Below are positions 39,901 through 50,438 of a stretch of DNA of 64,000 bases, piece by piece; positions within the stretch are counted from its first letter, which is position 1; each line of letters starts with the position of its first letter. The position numbers were made by a program, and so were the translations under genes. This DNA comes from Anaeromyxobacteraceae bacterium (GTDB lineage: Bacteria; Myxococcota; Myxococcia; Myxococcales; Anaeromyxobacteraceae), in contig JASGHJ010000001.1 of NCBI GenBank assembly GCA_047602405.1, positions 32,001 through 96,000 of the forward strand, given 5' to 3'. The notes beneath the pieces are model-generated. The model ran no database searches. It was not told the DNA's origin and saw only the letters and a program-made list of their open reading frames with translations.

Positions 39901-41471
39901 TGGGTCTCTCCTTGGGTGATGGCCGTGTCGGCCGGGTTGAACAGGTCGAAGAAGGTCCTCGCGTAGGTCGGCTCGGCACGCGGTGGTAGCGGGGACGCGG
40001 CGTCGCCGGGCAAGGGCTCCCGGTCGAGGCCGCGGTTGAGGATCCGCTGCACGGTCTTGGCCTGGATCGCGTCGCAGGCGACGGCGCGGCGGCAGGCCGC
40101 CTCGAGCCGCTTCTCGCCCACCGACTCGGCGAGCCGCAGGGTGGCCTGGGCCCCGCGGAGCCGATCGAGCACCTCGTCGCCGAGGAGCAGCTCGATGAAC
40201 TTGCCGGTGGCTGGCCCGATCTGGCGAGCGCGCTCGCGGCACCAGGTCGGCGTCTGCATCAGGTAGCGGAGCTTCTTGGGTGGCAGGTGCGCGGGGTTGG
40301 TGACGCGCTGGCCCGGCCGAAGCGCCCGCCCGTGCGTCGCCACGAGCTGGTGCTCGCGGAAGAGCTGGACGACCCGCGAGGTGGAGCGCAGCCACAACCG
40401 CTCGCCGATGAAGGGATGAGGCGCCGAGTAGTAGCTGCGCGCGAAGACGACGTGGCAGTCGGGGTGGAGCTTCGCCTGCTTCCACTCGACGAGATCGAAC
40501 GGGCTGGAGGGAAGCGGGATGAGCGCCGGCCGCTCCCGCGCCTCGAAGACGTGGATCGGGATCTCCTGCGTCGTGCCGTGCACGCGCGCGCCGGCGTGGT
40601 CGACGACCCAGTCGATGGCCTCGCCGTTGGCGTCGACGAGGCCGCGGAAGGCGCGCCCGGCGAGGAAGCTCCGCTTCACGTACTGCACGCCGCGCTCGAC
40701 CTTGCCCTTGTGCTCGGGCGTCCGCGCGACGCAGGGCGAGATCACGAAGCCGTAGTGCTCGGCGCATTCACGGTAGGCGCGCTGGACCTCGGGATCGGTG
40801 ATCGACGCCTTGATGATGCCGGCCTTCAGGTTGTCGAGGAGGACCTTGCGCGGGACCCCGCCGAAGAACTCGAACGCGTTGCGGTGCAGCGCGAGCCAGG
40901 TCCCGACGGTCTGGTCCTGCACGAGCTCGACGTACTGGTGCCGGCTGTGCGAGAGCGTCATCACGAAGACCCAGGTCTTCGCCGGTGCCTCGCCCGGCGC
41001 CCGCGGGATGAGCCCCGCGTAGCCGAAATCCACCTGGGCCTCCTCGCCCGGACCGACCTCGAGCCGCACGACCGCGCGCCGCGGGCGCTCGTCGACGTAC
41101 CGCCGCACGAAGCGCCGGAACGCGGTGTAGCTCCCGCGCACGTCGGGGTGCGCCACCGAGAACCGCTCCCAGGCAACCTTGACCTGCAGGCCGGCGCCCA
41201 CGAGCTCGGCGATCTCGTCGTGGTACGCCATGAGCCGCGGAGGCGCCTGGACGGGTTCGGTGCGGGCGAGCCTCTCCTCGAGCTCGGCGGCGGTCGGCAG
41301 CGTCGCCGCGTCGCCTGCCAAGAGCTTCTCGCCCTCGAACCAGGCCACGTACTCGCGGACCGTATTGCGGCTGACGCCGAGCCCCTTCGCCACCGCCCGC
41401 GCGCTCTCGCCGAGCCGCAGCCGTCGCAACATCTCGCGAACGTCGAGCACGTCGCATCTCCTCCCTGCCAT
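39891..41471 (-). CDS. istA: IstA DDE transposase
   Basis: PGEEAQVDFG, LLDNLK, PEHKGKVE. Confidence 0.92.
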   Translation of the reverse strand: MAGRRCDVLDVREMLRRLRLGESARAVAKGLGVSRNTVREYVAWFEGEKLLAGDAATLPTAAELEERLARTEPVQAPPRLMAYHDEIAELVGAGLQVKVAWERFSVAHPDVRGSYTAFRRFVRRYVDERPRRAVVRLEVGPGEEAQVDFGYAGLIPRAPGEAPAKTWVFVMTLSHSRHQYVELVQDQTVGTWLALHRNAFEFFGGVPRKVLLDNLKAGIIKASITDPEVQRAYRECAEHYGFVISPCVARTPEHKGKVERGVQYVKRSFLAGRAFRGLVDANGEAIDWVVDHAGARVHGTTQEIPIHVFEARERPALIPLPSSPFDLVEWKQAKLHPDCHVVFARSYYSAPHPFIGERLWLRSTSRVVQLFREHQLVATHGRALRPGQRVTNPAHLPPKKLRYLMQTPTWCRERARQIGPATGKFIELLLGDEVLDRLRGAQATLRLAESVGEKRLEAACRRAVACDAIQAKTVQRILNRGLDREPLPGDAASPLPPRAEPTYARTFFDLFNPADTAITQGETQWT

Positions 41472-41715
41472 CCACGCCCTCCAGGCAAAAGGCCCGGAGT
41501 GGCACGCGCCCGCGGCTGCCACAAGGCGCACGACGCCCCCTCCGCGCGCCTCTCGGCGGCGGCCTCGACGTCGTGCTGTGGGGAGCTGCGGGGTGGATCA
41601 GTTACCCCGCCCCTGGGGTGGATCAGTATGGGTGATCATGGGTGGATCACCATGCCCGCCCCTGGGTGGATCAGCTTGGGCGCTCCTGGTGGATCAGGTA
41701 CCGCGCCCCTCGACA

Positions 41716-42414
41716 GGTTGAGATGGACGTCCATCTCGTCCTCGTAGAAGACCGGCTCCTCCGGCGTGGCGTTCCTGGCGACGCGACGCAACCTCGCCAG
41801 CACGCGCTTCCTGCGACCTGTTTCCCAGGGGCAGGCGACCGTCGGCTTCGGCATCCTGAGCCGCGCCCCGATCGCGGAGAGCGCCCGGCCCATCGTGCAC
41901 GGAGCCACTCGCGGGAGCTGGCGCCGCTCCAGCTCGCAGCCGAGCAGCTCGCGGGTCCAGGTCGTGCGCTGCCAGCCGAACTCGGTCGGGACCGAGTGCA
42001 GAACCCGCTCGAGCTCCTCCTTGAACCGGAGGTCCACCTTGCGGACGCCGTTGAAGGCGCGCTGATCGAGCAGGCCCTCCTCCCCAGCGTCGGCGAACCG
42101 CTGCGCCGCCTTCACCACGGTGGACGGGACGCAGGCGAGGTCGCGGGCGACCTGCTGTCGAGAGAGTCCCTGTCCGAGCTTGGCGATCATGAGGAAGCGG
42201 AGGGCGGTGTGCGGGTCCTTGGCCTTCTTGGCGCGGCGGATCAGTCTGCGTCGCACGGCACGATCGAGCCGCGGTATGTTGTGCACGGGAAGGTCTCCTC
42301 CGAGTTCGCTGCTGGTCTCGCAACCGCAACGATCGATGGGTTGACCTTCCCTTTCAACTTTCTCCCTGCGGTCCGCGGCCTTGCCGCTGATCGCGAATCA
42401 CGAACGGTCGTTTA
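41716..42414 (-). mobile_element. IS630-family element, left end and N-terminal transposase fragment (CDS 41716-42286)
   Basis: HTH region, W..TTWT, FYEDEMDVHLN. The terminal GGTCGTTTA matches the end at 58930-58938. Confidence 0.88.
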
Positions 42415-42421
42415 GGCACGA

Positions 42422-45142
42422 CTAGGCGCGCATGCCGAACAGGAAGTTGTGAGACGTGGTGAGCCCCTTGTCCTTGATGCCGTGCTTCTCCACGGTCGTC
42501 ACGTCCTCCGTTACGACCCCCAGATCGTCGAACTGCTCCTTCATCAGCTGATGAAGGTGTTCAACCATCCGGTGGCGATCGGATCCACCCAGGTGGACGA
42601 CGAGTAGGCCACCCGGGCGAAGCATCTTCTGGCACGCATCAAAGAAGTCTCGATAGATATCGAGGTCCTTGGTTTGCTGACGTTCGAGGAACGCGAGGCT
42701 GCGAGTGTGGAAGTCGCCCTCTTCCCAGCCGCAGAACCACATCCTCAGCCAGTTGGGACGGTCGAAGCGCATGCCAAGAAACGGCGGAGAGGTTGCGATC
42801 AGATCTGCACCCGACACGTTCTTCGGCAACGCTCGGAAATCACCCCAGTACGACTTGCCGGGCACGTACGTGATCGGCAACGGCTCGCGCAGGGCTGAAT
42901 CGACACGCGCCCGTACGTGCTTGAGAACGGACTTGTACGGGCGCGGCCCCTTTGGGTGAAAAGGTGTGATCGGATGCGAGGTCCGGGAGATGGCGTACGG
43001 CCTGTTTCCGTGGAGTACGTGCAGGAGTGACGCCTTCACGAACAGATCGCCGTCCGACGGGTTGTCGATGCCCAGGAAGTACCGCCTGGCCTTCAGAACC
43101 TCATCAAGCGTGTCCGGGTGAAAGAAGTCAGCTACGCTGCCGTTCAGGCCGAACTCTGCGCTTTTCTTGTCGGCCTCGCCTAGACGCAGGTTGTTGAGGG
43201 CCCGTTCAAGGGCCTGGAGAGATGTCTCGACACTCGATGTCGAAGGGACGCGGATCTTTCCGCTCGCCACGGCGTATGCAAGCGGCGAGAGGTCGTTCGT
43301 GATGGCATTGCGCCCGTTCAGTGCCGCCTCGAATGCCACCGTTCCGATGCCGCCCAACGGATCTACGACTGTCCCCCCTGGATCGGAGAACTGCTCGACG
43401 ATCCAGTGCGCGATGGCAGGCTTCAGTTTGCCCTGATAGCTGCAGAGCGAATGAAGCGGATGCCCCCAGTTACGCTTGGAGAACGGAGCGTCCTTATAGG
43501 GCAACTCGCGCCGGAAGCTCTCAATGCGGCCCTGAATGTCCTTCGGGGCAGCACTGCGAGTGGAGGTCCGTGAAGCTCGTTCGACGGAACCTCCTGAAGA
43601 CTCCCTGTTGCGCCGAGCCCCCGGAGATCTCTTTAGAACGATTTCTACCTGGTGGAGCTTTGAACGGTCATAGGAGTAGCGGCGCGCGAGGACCCTTGTG
43701 GAGTCCACAAGGAGCCCGGCTTCGACGGCTACGTTGGCCAGGAGTACGTCGGTGGGGACATGGACTCCGTAGAACTTGGAGTCTCCGATATCCAGCACGA
43801 ACCGCCCGACAGGTTCCATCCGCTCCCGCGTGGCTTTCAGCATGTCGAACATGTCTGAGAAGTAGTGGCGGACAAGCAAGGGAATGCGTTTGTCTCCACG
43901 CCCCTCAAGCTCGGCGACGACCTTCTCGACTTGGTCGAAGTGATGAACATTCGACCGGCCCCGGGAAACGCTGTTGATGCCAGCGGTAATGCCGGACCTG
44001 TGGAGGCTGCCCAGTTCCGTCTCGGACGAAAGCCAACCAAGGAGCCAGAGTTCGAGCTTGGTGTTTCGGAAGTAGTTCGTGCCGTTCAGGTAGGGCGGCG
44101 ACGTGATGATGAGGGTGTACTGCCCGGTGTCCTTGCCCTCGGCCCTTGAGTCCTCGGACGCAAGGCGGGTGGGGGCGATCGGCCCCTGAGGAGAGCTCAG
44201 GTCCTCCACCATCTCGTTGACCTTGCTGGAAATAAACCCGGGGACATCCACGACGCGATTCGTGTACTCGCCGGGGCGACGACGGCGTAGGTCGGCCCGG
44301 CGAGTCATGTTCGATGACTTAACGACGTTCGAACCCACCGCTAGAAGCAGCAGCGCTCTCGCGTGTTCATTCTTGGCGACCTTCCGGGCCAAATCTCTGG
44401 CGGCGATCAGCTCACGGAGGTGTTGTTCAACGAAGAAGTCCCTTTCGTCGAAGGCTGCCTCGTACTCCTCCATGCTGACTGCCTGACACAGGCGTTCGAA
44501 TGCCTTGGACTGAACAACCGCGAGGTACTCGGTTGCGGTCCGTTTGAACGCAGCGAGATGCTGTCGGGCCCACGCGGCAGAGTTGATCTTCGTCTCTGCG
44601 ACAAACCGCATGAAGGGGTTAATTTCGGCGTACGCAGACGGGATGCCTCGAATGCTTGCTTCGAGAAGCGTGGTTCCTGCGCCGCCGAAGGGATCGTAGA
44701 CAGTTCGCGGGTGGCCGAACCTGCCCAGGAGTTCCGCAACGTAGTCGGCCGAGAACCCTTCCACGTACGGATACCAGCGATGATACGGGACGGTCTTGCT
44801 GTCTCGGAAGGTGAGCCCTACCGAGGGCGAGTCGGTGACATCAGGCGTCAACGGAAGTTGCTGCTGACGTGCGACGGTGTTGGAGCGCGCGGCCATCTGG
44901 CTCACTCTTTCCGAAAGGACGAGAAGGACGTGGTTGTTGAGAGTGCGGTGGGACCTGTGCGCTGCGTCGCTCAGGTCCTCAAACACGGGGTCGCCCAGCA
45001 GCCCGCGCACGGCGCGACTGGAGAGGGCGAGTAGGTGACTCGTCGAAGGATCGCCAGCGGGTACGCCAAGCGTGAAGCGCCGGGCGCGACCAGAGCGGGT
45101 TCTCTCGGGCGGGAAGTAGAGCGTCTTGAACGTCTGGGCCAT
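42422..45142 (-). CDS. Fused double amino-DNA methyltransferase (M1+M2) of a type IIS RM system
   Basis: Two full motif sets: YDPFGGAGTT...ITSPPY and VDPLGGIGT...ATSPPF. HRWYPY.EGFS and HSLCSYQGK starts. Confidence 0.88.
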   Translation of the reverse strand: MAQTFKTLYFPPERTRSGRARRFTLGVPAGDPSTSHLLALSSRAVRGLLGDPVFEDLSDAAHRSHRTLNNHVLLVLSERVSQMAARSNTVARQQQLPLTPDVTDSPSVGLTFRDSKTVPYHRWYPYVEGFSADYVAELLGRFGHPRTVYDPFGGAGTTLLEASIRGIPSAYAEINPFMRFVAETKINSAAWARQHLAAFKRTATEYLAVVQSKAFERLCQAVSMEEYEAAFDERDFFVEQHLRELIAARDLARKVAKNEHARALLLLAVGSNVVKSSNMTRRADLRRRRPGEYTNRVVDVPGFISSKVNEMVEDLSSPQGPIAPTRLASEDSRAEGKDTGQYTLIITSPPYLNGTNYFRNTKLELWLLGWLSSETELGSLHRSGITAGINSVSRGRSNVHHFDQVEKVVAELEGRGDKRIPLLVRHYFSDMFDMLKATRERMEPVGRFVLDIGDSKFYGVHVPTDVLLANVAVEAGLLVDSTRVLARRYSYDRSKLHQVEIVLKRSPGARRNRESSGGSVERASRTSTRSAAPKDIQGRIESFRRELPYKDAPFSKRNWGHPLHSLCSYQGKLKPAIAHWIVEQFSDPGGTVVDPLGGIGTVAFEAALNGRNAITNDLSPLAYAVASGKIRVPSTSSVETSLQALERALNNLRLGEADKKSAEFGLNGSVADFFHPDTLDEVLKARRYFLGIDNPSDGDLFVKASLLHVLHGNRPYAISRTSHPITPFHPKGPRPYKSVLKHVRARVDSALREPLPITYVPGKSYWGDFRALPKNVSGADLIATSPPFLGMRFDRPNWLRMWFCGWEEGDFHTRSLAFLERQQTKDLDIYRDFFDACQKMLRPGGLLVVHLGGSDRHRMVEHLHQLMKEQFDDLGVVTEDVTTVEKHGIKDKGLTTSHNFLFGMRA

Positions 45143-45329
45143 GGCCGAGAAGGTAAAGTACCATACCTCAACACCTCACCTTCTGCACGCGCCATCCCTC
45201 AACGTTCGCCAGTATTCGATGTGGGTCTGACACTGCACGCCCGGGCAGGAGGCACCGGCCGCCGTACCTCAATCGTACGTTCTGCAACTGGGATCTTCCG
45301 CCGGGCGGACGACCTCTGCGGCGGTGCCT

Positions 45330-45602
45330 CTACTCAGGTTTCGAGGCCCCAGAAGCCGTGTCCGTTGCCGCGCTAAGAACCGGCACCGTAGGCGGTTGCA
45401 GGTTGGGCTCCGGTGTTGGTGTTGCGGCTGCAAAGCTCCCGTCGCACCACGCCGTGACCACGGCAACCAAGAGGTCGTTCATGGAGCAACGGTGCCGCTT
45501 GGCGTGGTCGCGAACCTCTCGATGAAGCGCGGAGGGCATTCGCAACAGGTAGGGGTGGTGATCCCCCAGCTTTGCTGGTCGGCCTCTTCGTTTCTGGGCC
45601 AT
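45330..45602 (-). CDS. Ribbon-helix-helix (Arc-like) DNA-binding protein
   Basis: YLLRMPSALHREVRDHAKRHRCSMNDLLV. Confidence 0.7.
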   Translation of the reverse strand: MAQKRRGRPAKLGDHHPYLLRMPSALHREVRDHAKRHRCSMNDLLVAVVTAWCDGSFAAATPTPEPNLQPPTVPVLSAATDTASGASKPE

Positions 45603-46222
45603 CTTCGCCTCCCCCGGGGCCGAACGTCTTGATATCAGTGGCGGTTGTCAGTGTGATTTCAGGTACTTCTGCGCCCGGACTTGATTTAAGATATCAGAAA
45701 ACCCCGGAGGAGGCACATGGTTCCTATACAGAGGGACGGGTCGGCCACGTCCAAAATCAGGGCCGCGCGATACATCCGCGTCTCGCGGTCAGATCAGCGC
45801 CCAGCGCTTCAAGCCGACGAAACCGCCGAGTTCATCCAGAGGCGCGGGTGGAGTCTCGTAGACACGTACATCGACGAAGGGGTCAGCGGCACCAAGGCCC
45901 GGCGGCCAGAACTCGACAGACTTCTGGCCGCAGCACGCCACCGCCAGTTCGACGTTCTCGTCGTGTGGCGGTCCGACCGCCTGTTTCGCAGTCTCAAACA
46001 CATGGTCATCACGCTGGGAGAACTTGCTGCGGGTTCCGGCCCATGGCGATCACGGATTCCGGAGCAAGCCGATCACTGATTCCGGTCGAAGCCGACCACC
46101 GATTCCGGAGCATGCCGATCGCTGAACGAACGGCCAGCTGAGGCCGTCGGTCGCAGTCAGCGCGGGCGCGTTGACGCCGCTGGGTAGTCCGCCGCTCTTG
46201 CCGCCTCCACAAGGGAGGCGGG

Positions 46223-47764
46223 ATGGCGGCCGAGAGGCTACCGATGCGGAAGCTGCGAGAGGTCATCAGGCTGAAGCTGCAGGCCGGCCAGTCCGGCCGT
46301 GCGATCGCGCGGGCGTGCGGGATCTCGTCGAGCACGGTGAGCGAGTACCTCGGGCGCATCGCGCTCGCCGGCCTCACCTGGCCGCTCCCGCCCGAGCTCG
46401 ACGACGACGCGCTCGAGCGGCTCCTCTTCCCCGACGAGCGCCATCCGGTGTCGAACCGGCCCGAGCCAGAGTGGAGCTTCATCCACCGCGAGCTGCAGCG
46501 GCGGCACGTGACGAAGCAGCTACTCTGGCAGGAGTACAAGGAGGCGACGCCGGAGGGGCTGCAGTACAGCCAGTTCTGCGACAAGTACCTGCGCTGGGCG
46601 AAGCCGCTGTCGGCGACGATGCGGCAGGCCCATCGCGCCGGCGAGAAGACCTTCATCGACTTCAGCGGGAGCGGGCTCGAGCTCGTGCACCCCGCCACCA
46701 GCGACCGCAAGAAGGTGGTGCTCTTCTTGGCGGTGCTCGGCGCCTCGAACCTGACGTACGCGGAGCCGGTGCTGAACCAGGATCTCCCGACCTGGATCGG
46801 TTGCCACGCCCGCGCCTTCGAGTACTTCGGAGGCGCGACCGAGATCTGGGTGCCCGACAATCCTCGGGTCGGCGTGACGAAGGCGAGCAAGTACGAGCCG
46901 GTGCTCAACCGGTCGTACGAGGACCTCGCCGCCCACTACGGCGCGGCGGTGATCCCGGCGCGCCCGTACCGGCCGCGCGACAAGGCGAAGGTGGAGGTGG
47001 CGGTCCAGATCGCCTCGCGCTGGATCCTGGCGGTGCTGCGGAATCGCGTCTTCTACTCGATGGAGGAGATGCGGGCGGCGGTGGCGGGGCTGCTCGAGAA
47101 GCTGAACCACCGGCAGATGCGGCGCCTGAAGAAGTCGCGGCGCGAGCTCTTCGAGGAGATCGAGCGCGCCGCCCTGAAGCCCTTGCCGGCGCAGCCCTAC
47201 GAGTACGCCGAGTGGGCTCGGCCGAGGGTCGACCTCAGCTACCACGTCGAGCACGACGACCACTTCTACAGCGTCCACTTCTCGCACATCGGCGAGCAGC
47301 TCGACCTGCGCGCGACCGAGTCCACCGTCGAGATCTTCCGGCGGGGCACGCGGATCGAGAGCTATCCGCGCAGCTACGCGAAGGGGAAGTACACCACGCG
47401 CAAGGAGCACATGCCGCGCGCCCATCTCGACCAGGTCGAGTGGACGCCCGAGCGGCTGACGAACTGGGCGCGAACGACGGGGCCCCACACCGCCGCCCTC
47501 GTCGAGGCGATCATGGCCTCGAAGGGACACCCGCAGCAGGGCTTCAAGGCGTGCCTCGGCGTGCTGCGGCTCGCGAAGCAGTATCCCGCCCAGCGGATCG
47601 AGCGGGCGGCGGCGCGGGCGCTGCACTGCCGGACGCTCTCCTCGGGGAGCGTCGCCTCGATGCTCAAGAACAACCTCGACCAGCTGCCGCTGCCCGGCGA
47701 GGAGGAGCCGCAGCAGGCGCTGCCCCTCCACGAGAACATCCGCGGCCGCAGCTACTACCACTGA
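46223..47764 (+). CDS. istA: IstA transposase
   Basis: GEKTFIDFSG, VPDN, PRDKAKVE, HENIRGRSYYH. Confidence 0.93.
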   Translation: MAAERLPMRKLREVIRLKLQAGQSGRAIARACGISSSTVSEYLGRIALAGLTWPLPPELDDDALERLLFPDERHPVSNRPEPEWSFIHRELQRRHVTKQLLWQEYKEATPEGLQYSQFCDKYLRWAKPLSATMRQAHRAGEKTFIDFSGSGLELVHPATSDRKKVVLFLAVLGASNLTYAEPVLNQDLPTWIGCHARAFEYFGGATEIWVPDNPRVGVTKASKYEPVLNRSYEDLAAHYGAAVIPARPYRPRDKAKVEVAVQIASRWILAVLRNRVFYSMEEMRAAVAGLLEKLNHRQMRRLKKSRRELFEEIERAALKPLPAQPYEYAEWARPRVDLSYHVEHDDHFYSVHFSHIGEQLDLRATESTVEIFRRGTRIESYPRSYAKGKYTTRKEHMPRAHLDQVEWTPERLTNWARTTGPHTAALVEAIMASKGHPQQGFKACLGVLRLAKQYPAQRIERAAARALHCRTLSSGSVASMLKNNLDQLPLPGEEEPQQALPLHENIRGRSYYH

Positions 47765-47855
47765 CCACCCGAGACCGCGCCGACGCGGCCTCGCGGCGCC
47801 CCGGTGCCGGGCACGACGCCCGCGCGCCGACCTCATCGAGGCCAGGGAGAAGTGC

Positions 47856-48614
47856 ATGCTCGTGGAGCAGACGATGGAGAAGCTCGTCGCGATGAAGCTC
47901 AGCGGGATGGCGGAGGCGCTGCGCCGCTGGATGGAGCAGCCCAAGGAGAAGGAGATGACGCCGCTCGATCTCGTGGGCTTGCTCGCCGACGCCGAGTGGC
48001 GTCACCGGGAGCAGCGGAAGCTGACCGGCAGGCTGCGGACCGCGCGCTTCCGCCAGGACGCCTGCATGGAGGATGTCGATTACCAGCACCCCCGCGGCCT
48101 CCAGAAGGCGGTGATGCTCGACCTCGCGACGTGCCGCTGGGTGGACGCCCACCAGAACGTGATCTTCAGCGGCCTGACCGGCGTCGGGAAGAGCTACCTC
48201 GCCTGCGCGCTCGGCCAGAAGGCGTGCCGCGAGGGCCACTCCGTCGTCTACCGCCGCGCCTCGCGTCTCTACGACGAGCTCGCCCAAGCGCGCGCCGACG
48301 GAACTTACCTCCTCCTGCTCCGCCGCCTCGCCAAGACCGACGTCCTCGTGGTCGACGACTTCGGCCTCGAAGTGCTGAGCACGACCCAGCGCCGGGACTT
48401 CCTGGAGGTGATGGAGGACCGCTACGGCATCTCGTCGACCATCATCACGAGCCAGCTCGATCCCAAGAACTGGCACTCCATCATCGGCGACGAGACCATC
48501 GCCGACTCGGTTTGCGACCGACTCATCCACAACGCACACAAGGTGAAGCTCAGCGGCGAGTCGCTCAGGAAGACGAGGGCGGACTTGACCAAGGGCCAGA
48601 AGCCGGCGAAGTAG
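47856..48614 (+). CDS. istB: IstB ATPase
   Basis: GLTGVGKSYLA, VVDDFG, ITSQ. Confidence 0.93.
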   Translation: MLVEQTMEKLVAMKLSGMAEALRRWMEQPKEKEMTPLDLVGLLADAEWRHREQRKLTGRLRTARFRQDACMEDVDYQHPRGLQKAVMLDLATCRWVDAHQNVIFSGLTGVGKSYLACALGQKACREGHSVVYRRASRLYDELAQARADGTYLLLLRRLAKTDVLVVDDFGLEVLSTTQRRDFLEVMEDRYGISSTIITSQLDPKNWHSIIGDETIADSVCDRLIHNAHKVKLSGESLRKTRADLTKGQKPAK

Positions 48615-49158
48615 ACCTACCCAGCGGCGTCACGCCCCGGGTGATCGCCTTGCCGGTACAGGTGATCGGCATCGGCCGGAATGGCCGATCGGCATGGCCG
48701 GAATCCGCACTTGCCGCTCTCGGTGTCGAGTTCGTTAGCGTGACGGAACCATTCGACACGACCACACCGCAAGGGCGGCTACTACTGCACCTGGTCGCCG
48801 CATTCGCCGAGTTCGAGCGGGGAGTCCTTGTCGAACGAACCCGCGCAGGACTCGCGGCAGCCCGTCGTCGTGGCGCGCACATCGGAAGGCCCCGAATCCA
48901 GGTGGATCGGACTCGCGTCATCGAGCTCCACAAAGCCAAGAAGTCGATCCGCCAGATCGCTCGCGAGATGCAGATCGGCGCGACCACTGTGCACCGGCTG
49001 TTGAAGAACACCGAACCCACCGAGTAGTTCGCCTCACCGCAGTTCCCTCCCCATCCCCGGTCCGCGAGTGGCGCACGAGGCGCGGCCACAACGCTACTGG
49101 TGCGCGCTCGCGACCGGGATGCCCAGGGAACGCAACCCAGGATTTGGAAGGAGATGAG

Positions 49159-49779
49159 ATGCAGGACCGGCTTGTCGTTTTGGAAGCAGCCTGGGACGAC
49201 GAATTCATGGATAAGCGTACCGTCCGACCGTTCATCGACGGATGGGCGGCCAACGCGCGAATCGGATACGCCTACCGGGCGTACAACGGGCGTGAGGACC
49301 TTCTCCACTGGCTTATTCGATTCTGCGAGGACCCGATAGCAGACACCCTTTACATCGCGGGACATGGTGACCGGGGACGGCTTGTTGGCCTCGACAACCG
49401 GCGCATCGACATCGCCTCGCTCTTGCGCGAGGTGTTCGAGAAGGGACGCCCCCAGAGAGGAGGCAAGAAGAAGGGCGTACTCATCGGCGCGTGCGAGTGT
49501 CTTGGGCCGCGTCTGCGGACGCGAGTGCTTGCGAACACAAATCGCAGGCTTCACTGGTTGGCGGGCTACTCAGTCGAGATCCCGTGGCTGGACTCGATGT
49601 TGGTTGATGTCGCGTTCCTTGAGTACCGATACAGAGGTGGTCCACGCCACCGGAGCATGACTCGTGAGCCAGGTGCGTACCTGCAACGCCGGTACGGAAC
49701 AGTGGACCGGGTTTCGAAGTGGGTCGTGCGGGACTTCCCTCTCGCAGAGAAGTGGGGATTCGGGGTGGCGACGCGATGA
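49159..49779 (+). CDS. DUF6642-like protein with a caspase/CHAT-like His-Cys dyad
   Basis: LVVLE..W, LYIAGHG, LIGAC, LAGY...IPWLDS. Confidence 0.65.
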   Translation: MQDRLVVLEAAWDDEFMDKRTVRPFIDGWAANARIGYAYRAYNGREDLLHWLIRFCEDPIADTLYIAGHGDRGRLVGLDNRRIDIASLLREVFEKGRPQRGGKKKGVLIGACECLGPRLRTRVLANTNRRLHWLAGYSVEIPWLDSMLVDVAFLEYRYRGGPRHRSMTREPGAYLQRRYGTVDRVSKWVVRDFPLAEKWGFGVATR

Positions 49780-50405
49780 AGACCACCCTTCTGTGCTTCT
49801 CGGACCTTCATCGTGATCTCGCGGCGGCTCGCCGCCTTGCCGGACTTGCCCTCGGCGGTCGGTACGCGTTTCTCATCAGCGCCGGGGACCTTGGAGTGGA
49901 CGGCGTTCACGAGCCCGGCCTGACTTCTCTGATCGCGAAGGGAGGAACAGAGATCCTGTCAGTTCCGGGCAACCACGATGGCACCGCTTCCTACCAGGCA
50001 GAGGCACATGGAGGTGGGTGGACGGACCTGGACGGACGGACTGTCAAACGAGGCGAGTGGTGGTTCGCTGGGATCGGCCTCCTTCCTGCGCCGTACACAA
50101 CCAGTTCGCCCGCCCGGGATTTCGAGACTCGCACCGCCTTGCTCCTAGAGAGCTTCGCCCACCTGCCTCTGAGCAGGCTCGTTCTTGTGACCCACGTTCC
50201 ACCTTCGGAGACCATCGCCGCGCGAGATCGGCGCTTCATCGATCGCGGAAGCGTTGTTCTCGCGAACTGGCTTCAGTCCCACCCTGTGGCCGCCGTGGTC
50301 TGCGGCCACGTCCATCACCCAGAACCCGTGGTGACTGAAATCGGAAGTACGAGGATCATCGTTGGCGGCCCCTGGGCGTCCGAACTGACGCTCGGAAACG
50401 ATTGA
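49776..50405 (+). CDS. Calcineurin-like metallophosphoesterase
   Basis: SDLH, AGD, PGNHD, THVP, CGHVH. ATGA overlap with the upstream gene. Confidence 0.88.
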   Translation: MKTTLLCFSDLHRDLAAARRLAGLALGGRYAFLISAGDLGVDGVHEPGLTSLIAKGGTEILSVPGNHDGTASYQAEAHGGGWTDLDGRTVKRGEWWFAGIGLLPAPYTTSSPARDFETRTALLLESFAHLPLSRLVLVTHVPPSETIAARDRRFIDRGSVVLANWLQSHPVAAVVCGHVHHPEPVVTEIGSTRIIVGGPWASELTLGND

Positions 50406-50438
50406 AACGTGCAAAAGGTAGAGAGCCCGGCGCGCCCG

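Larger units (their letters stand above)
39056..41715 (-). mobile_element. IS21-family element B, copy 1 (2660 bp)
   Basis: TGTC...GACA termini and multiple GGTGGATCA repeats. Reverse complement of 55775-58434. Confidence 0.95.
46028..48709 (+). mobile_element. IS21-family element C, complete
   Basis: IRs TGCGGGTTCCGGCC / GGCCGGAATCCGCA. 5-bp target duplication CTTGC at 46023-46027 and 48710-48714. Confidence 0.95.
45717..49027 (+). pseudogene. Serine resolvase/invertase interrupted by IS21 element C (parts 45717-46027 and 48710-49027)
   Basis: YIRVS..DQ, SG...RPEL, DRLFRS, then FDTTTPQGRL..AEFER..ERT.AG and a C-terminal HTH. The halves rejoin in frame. Confidence 0.92.
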
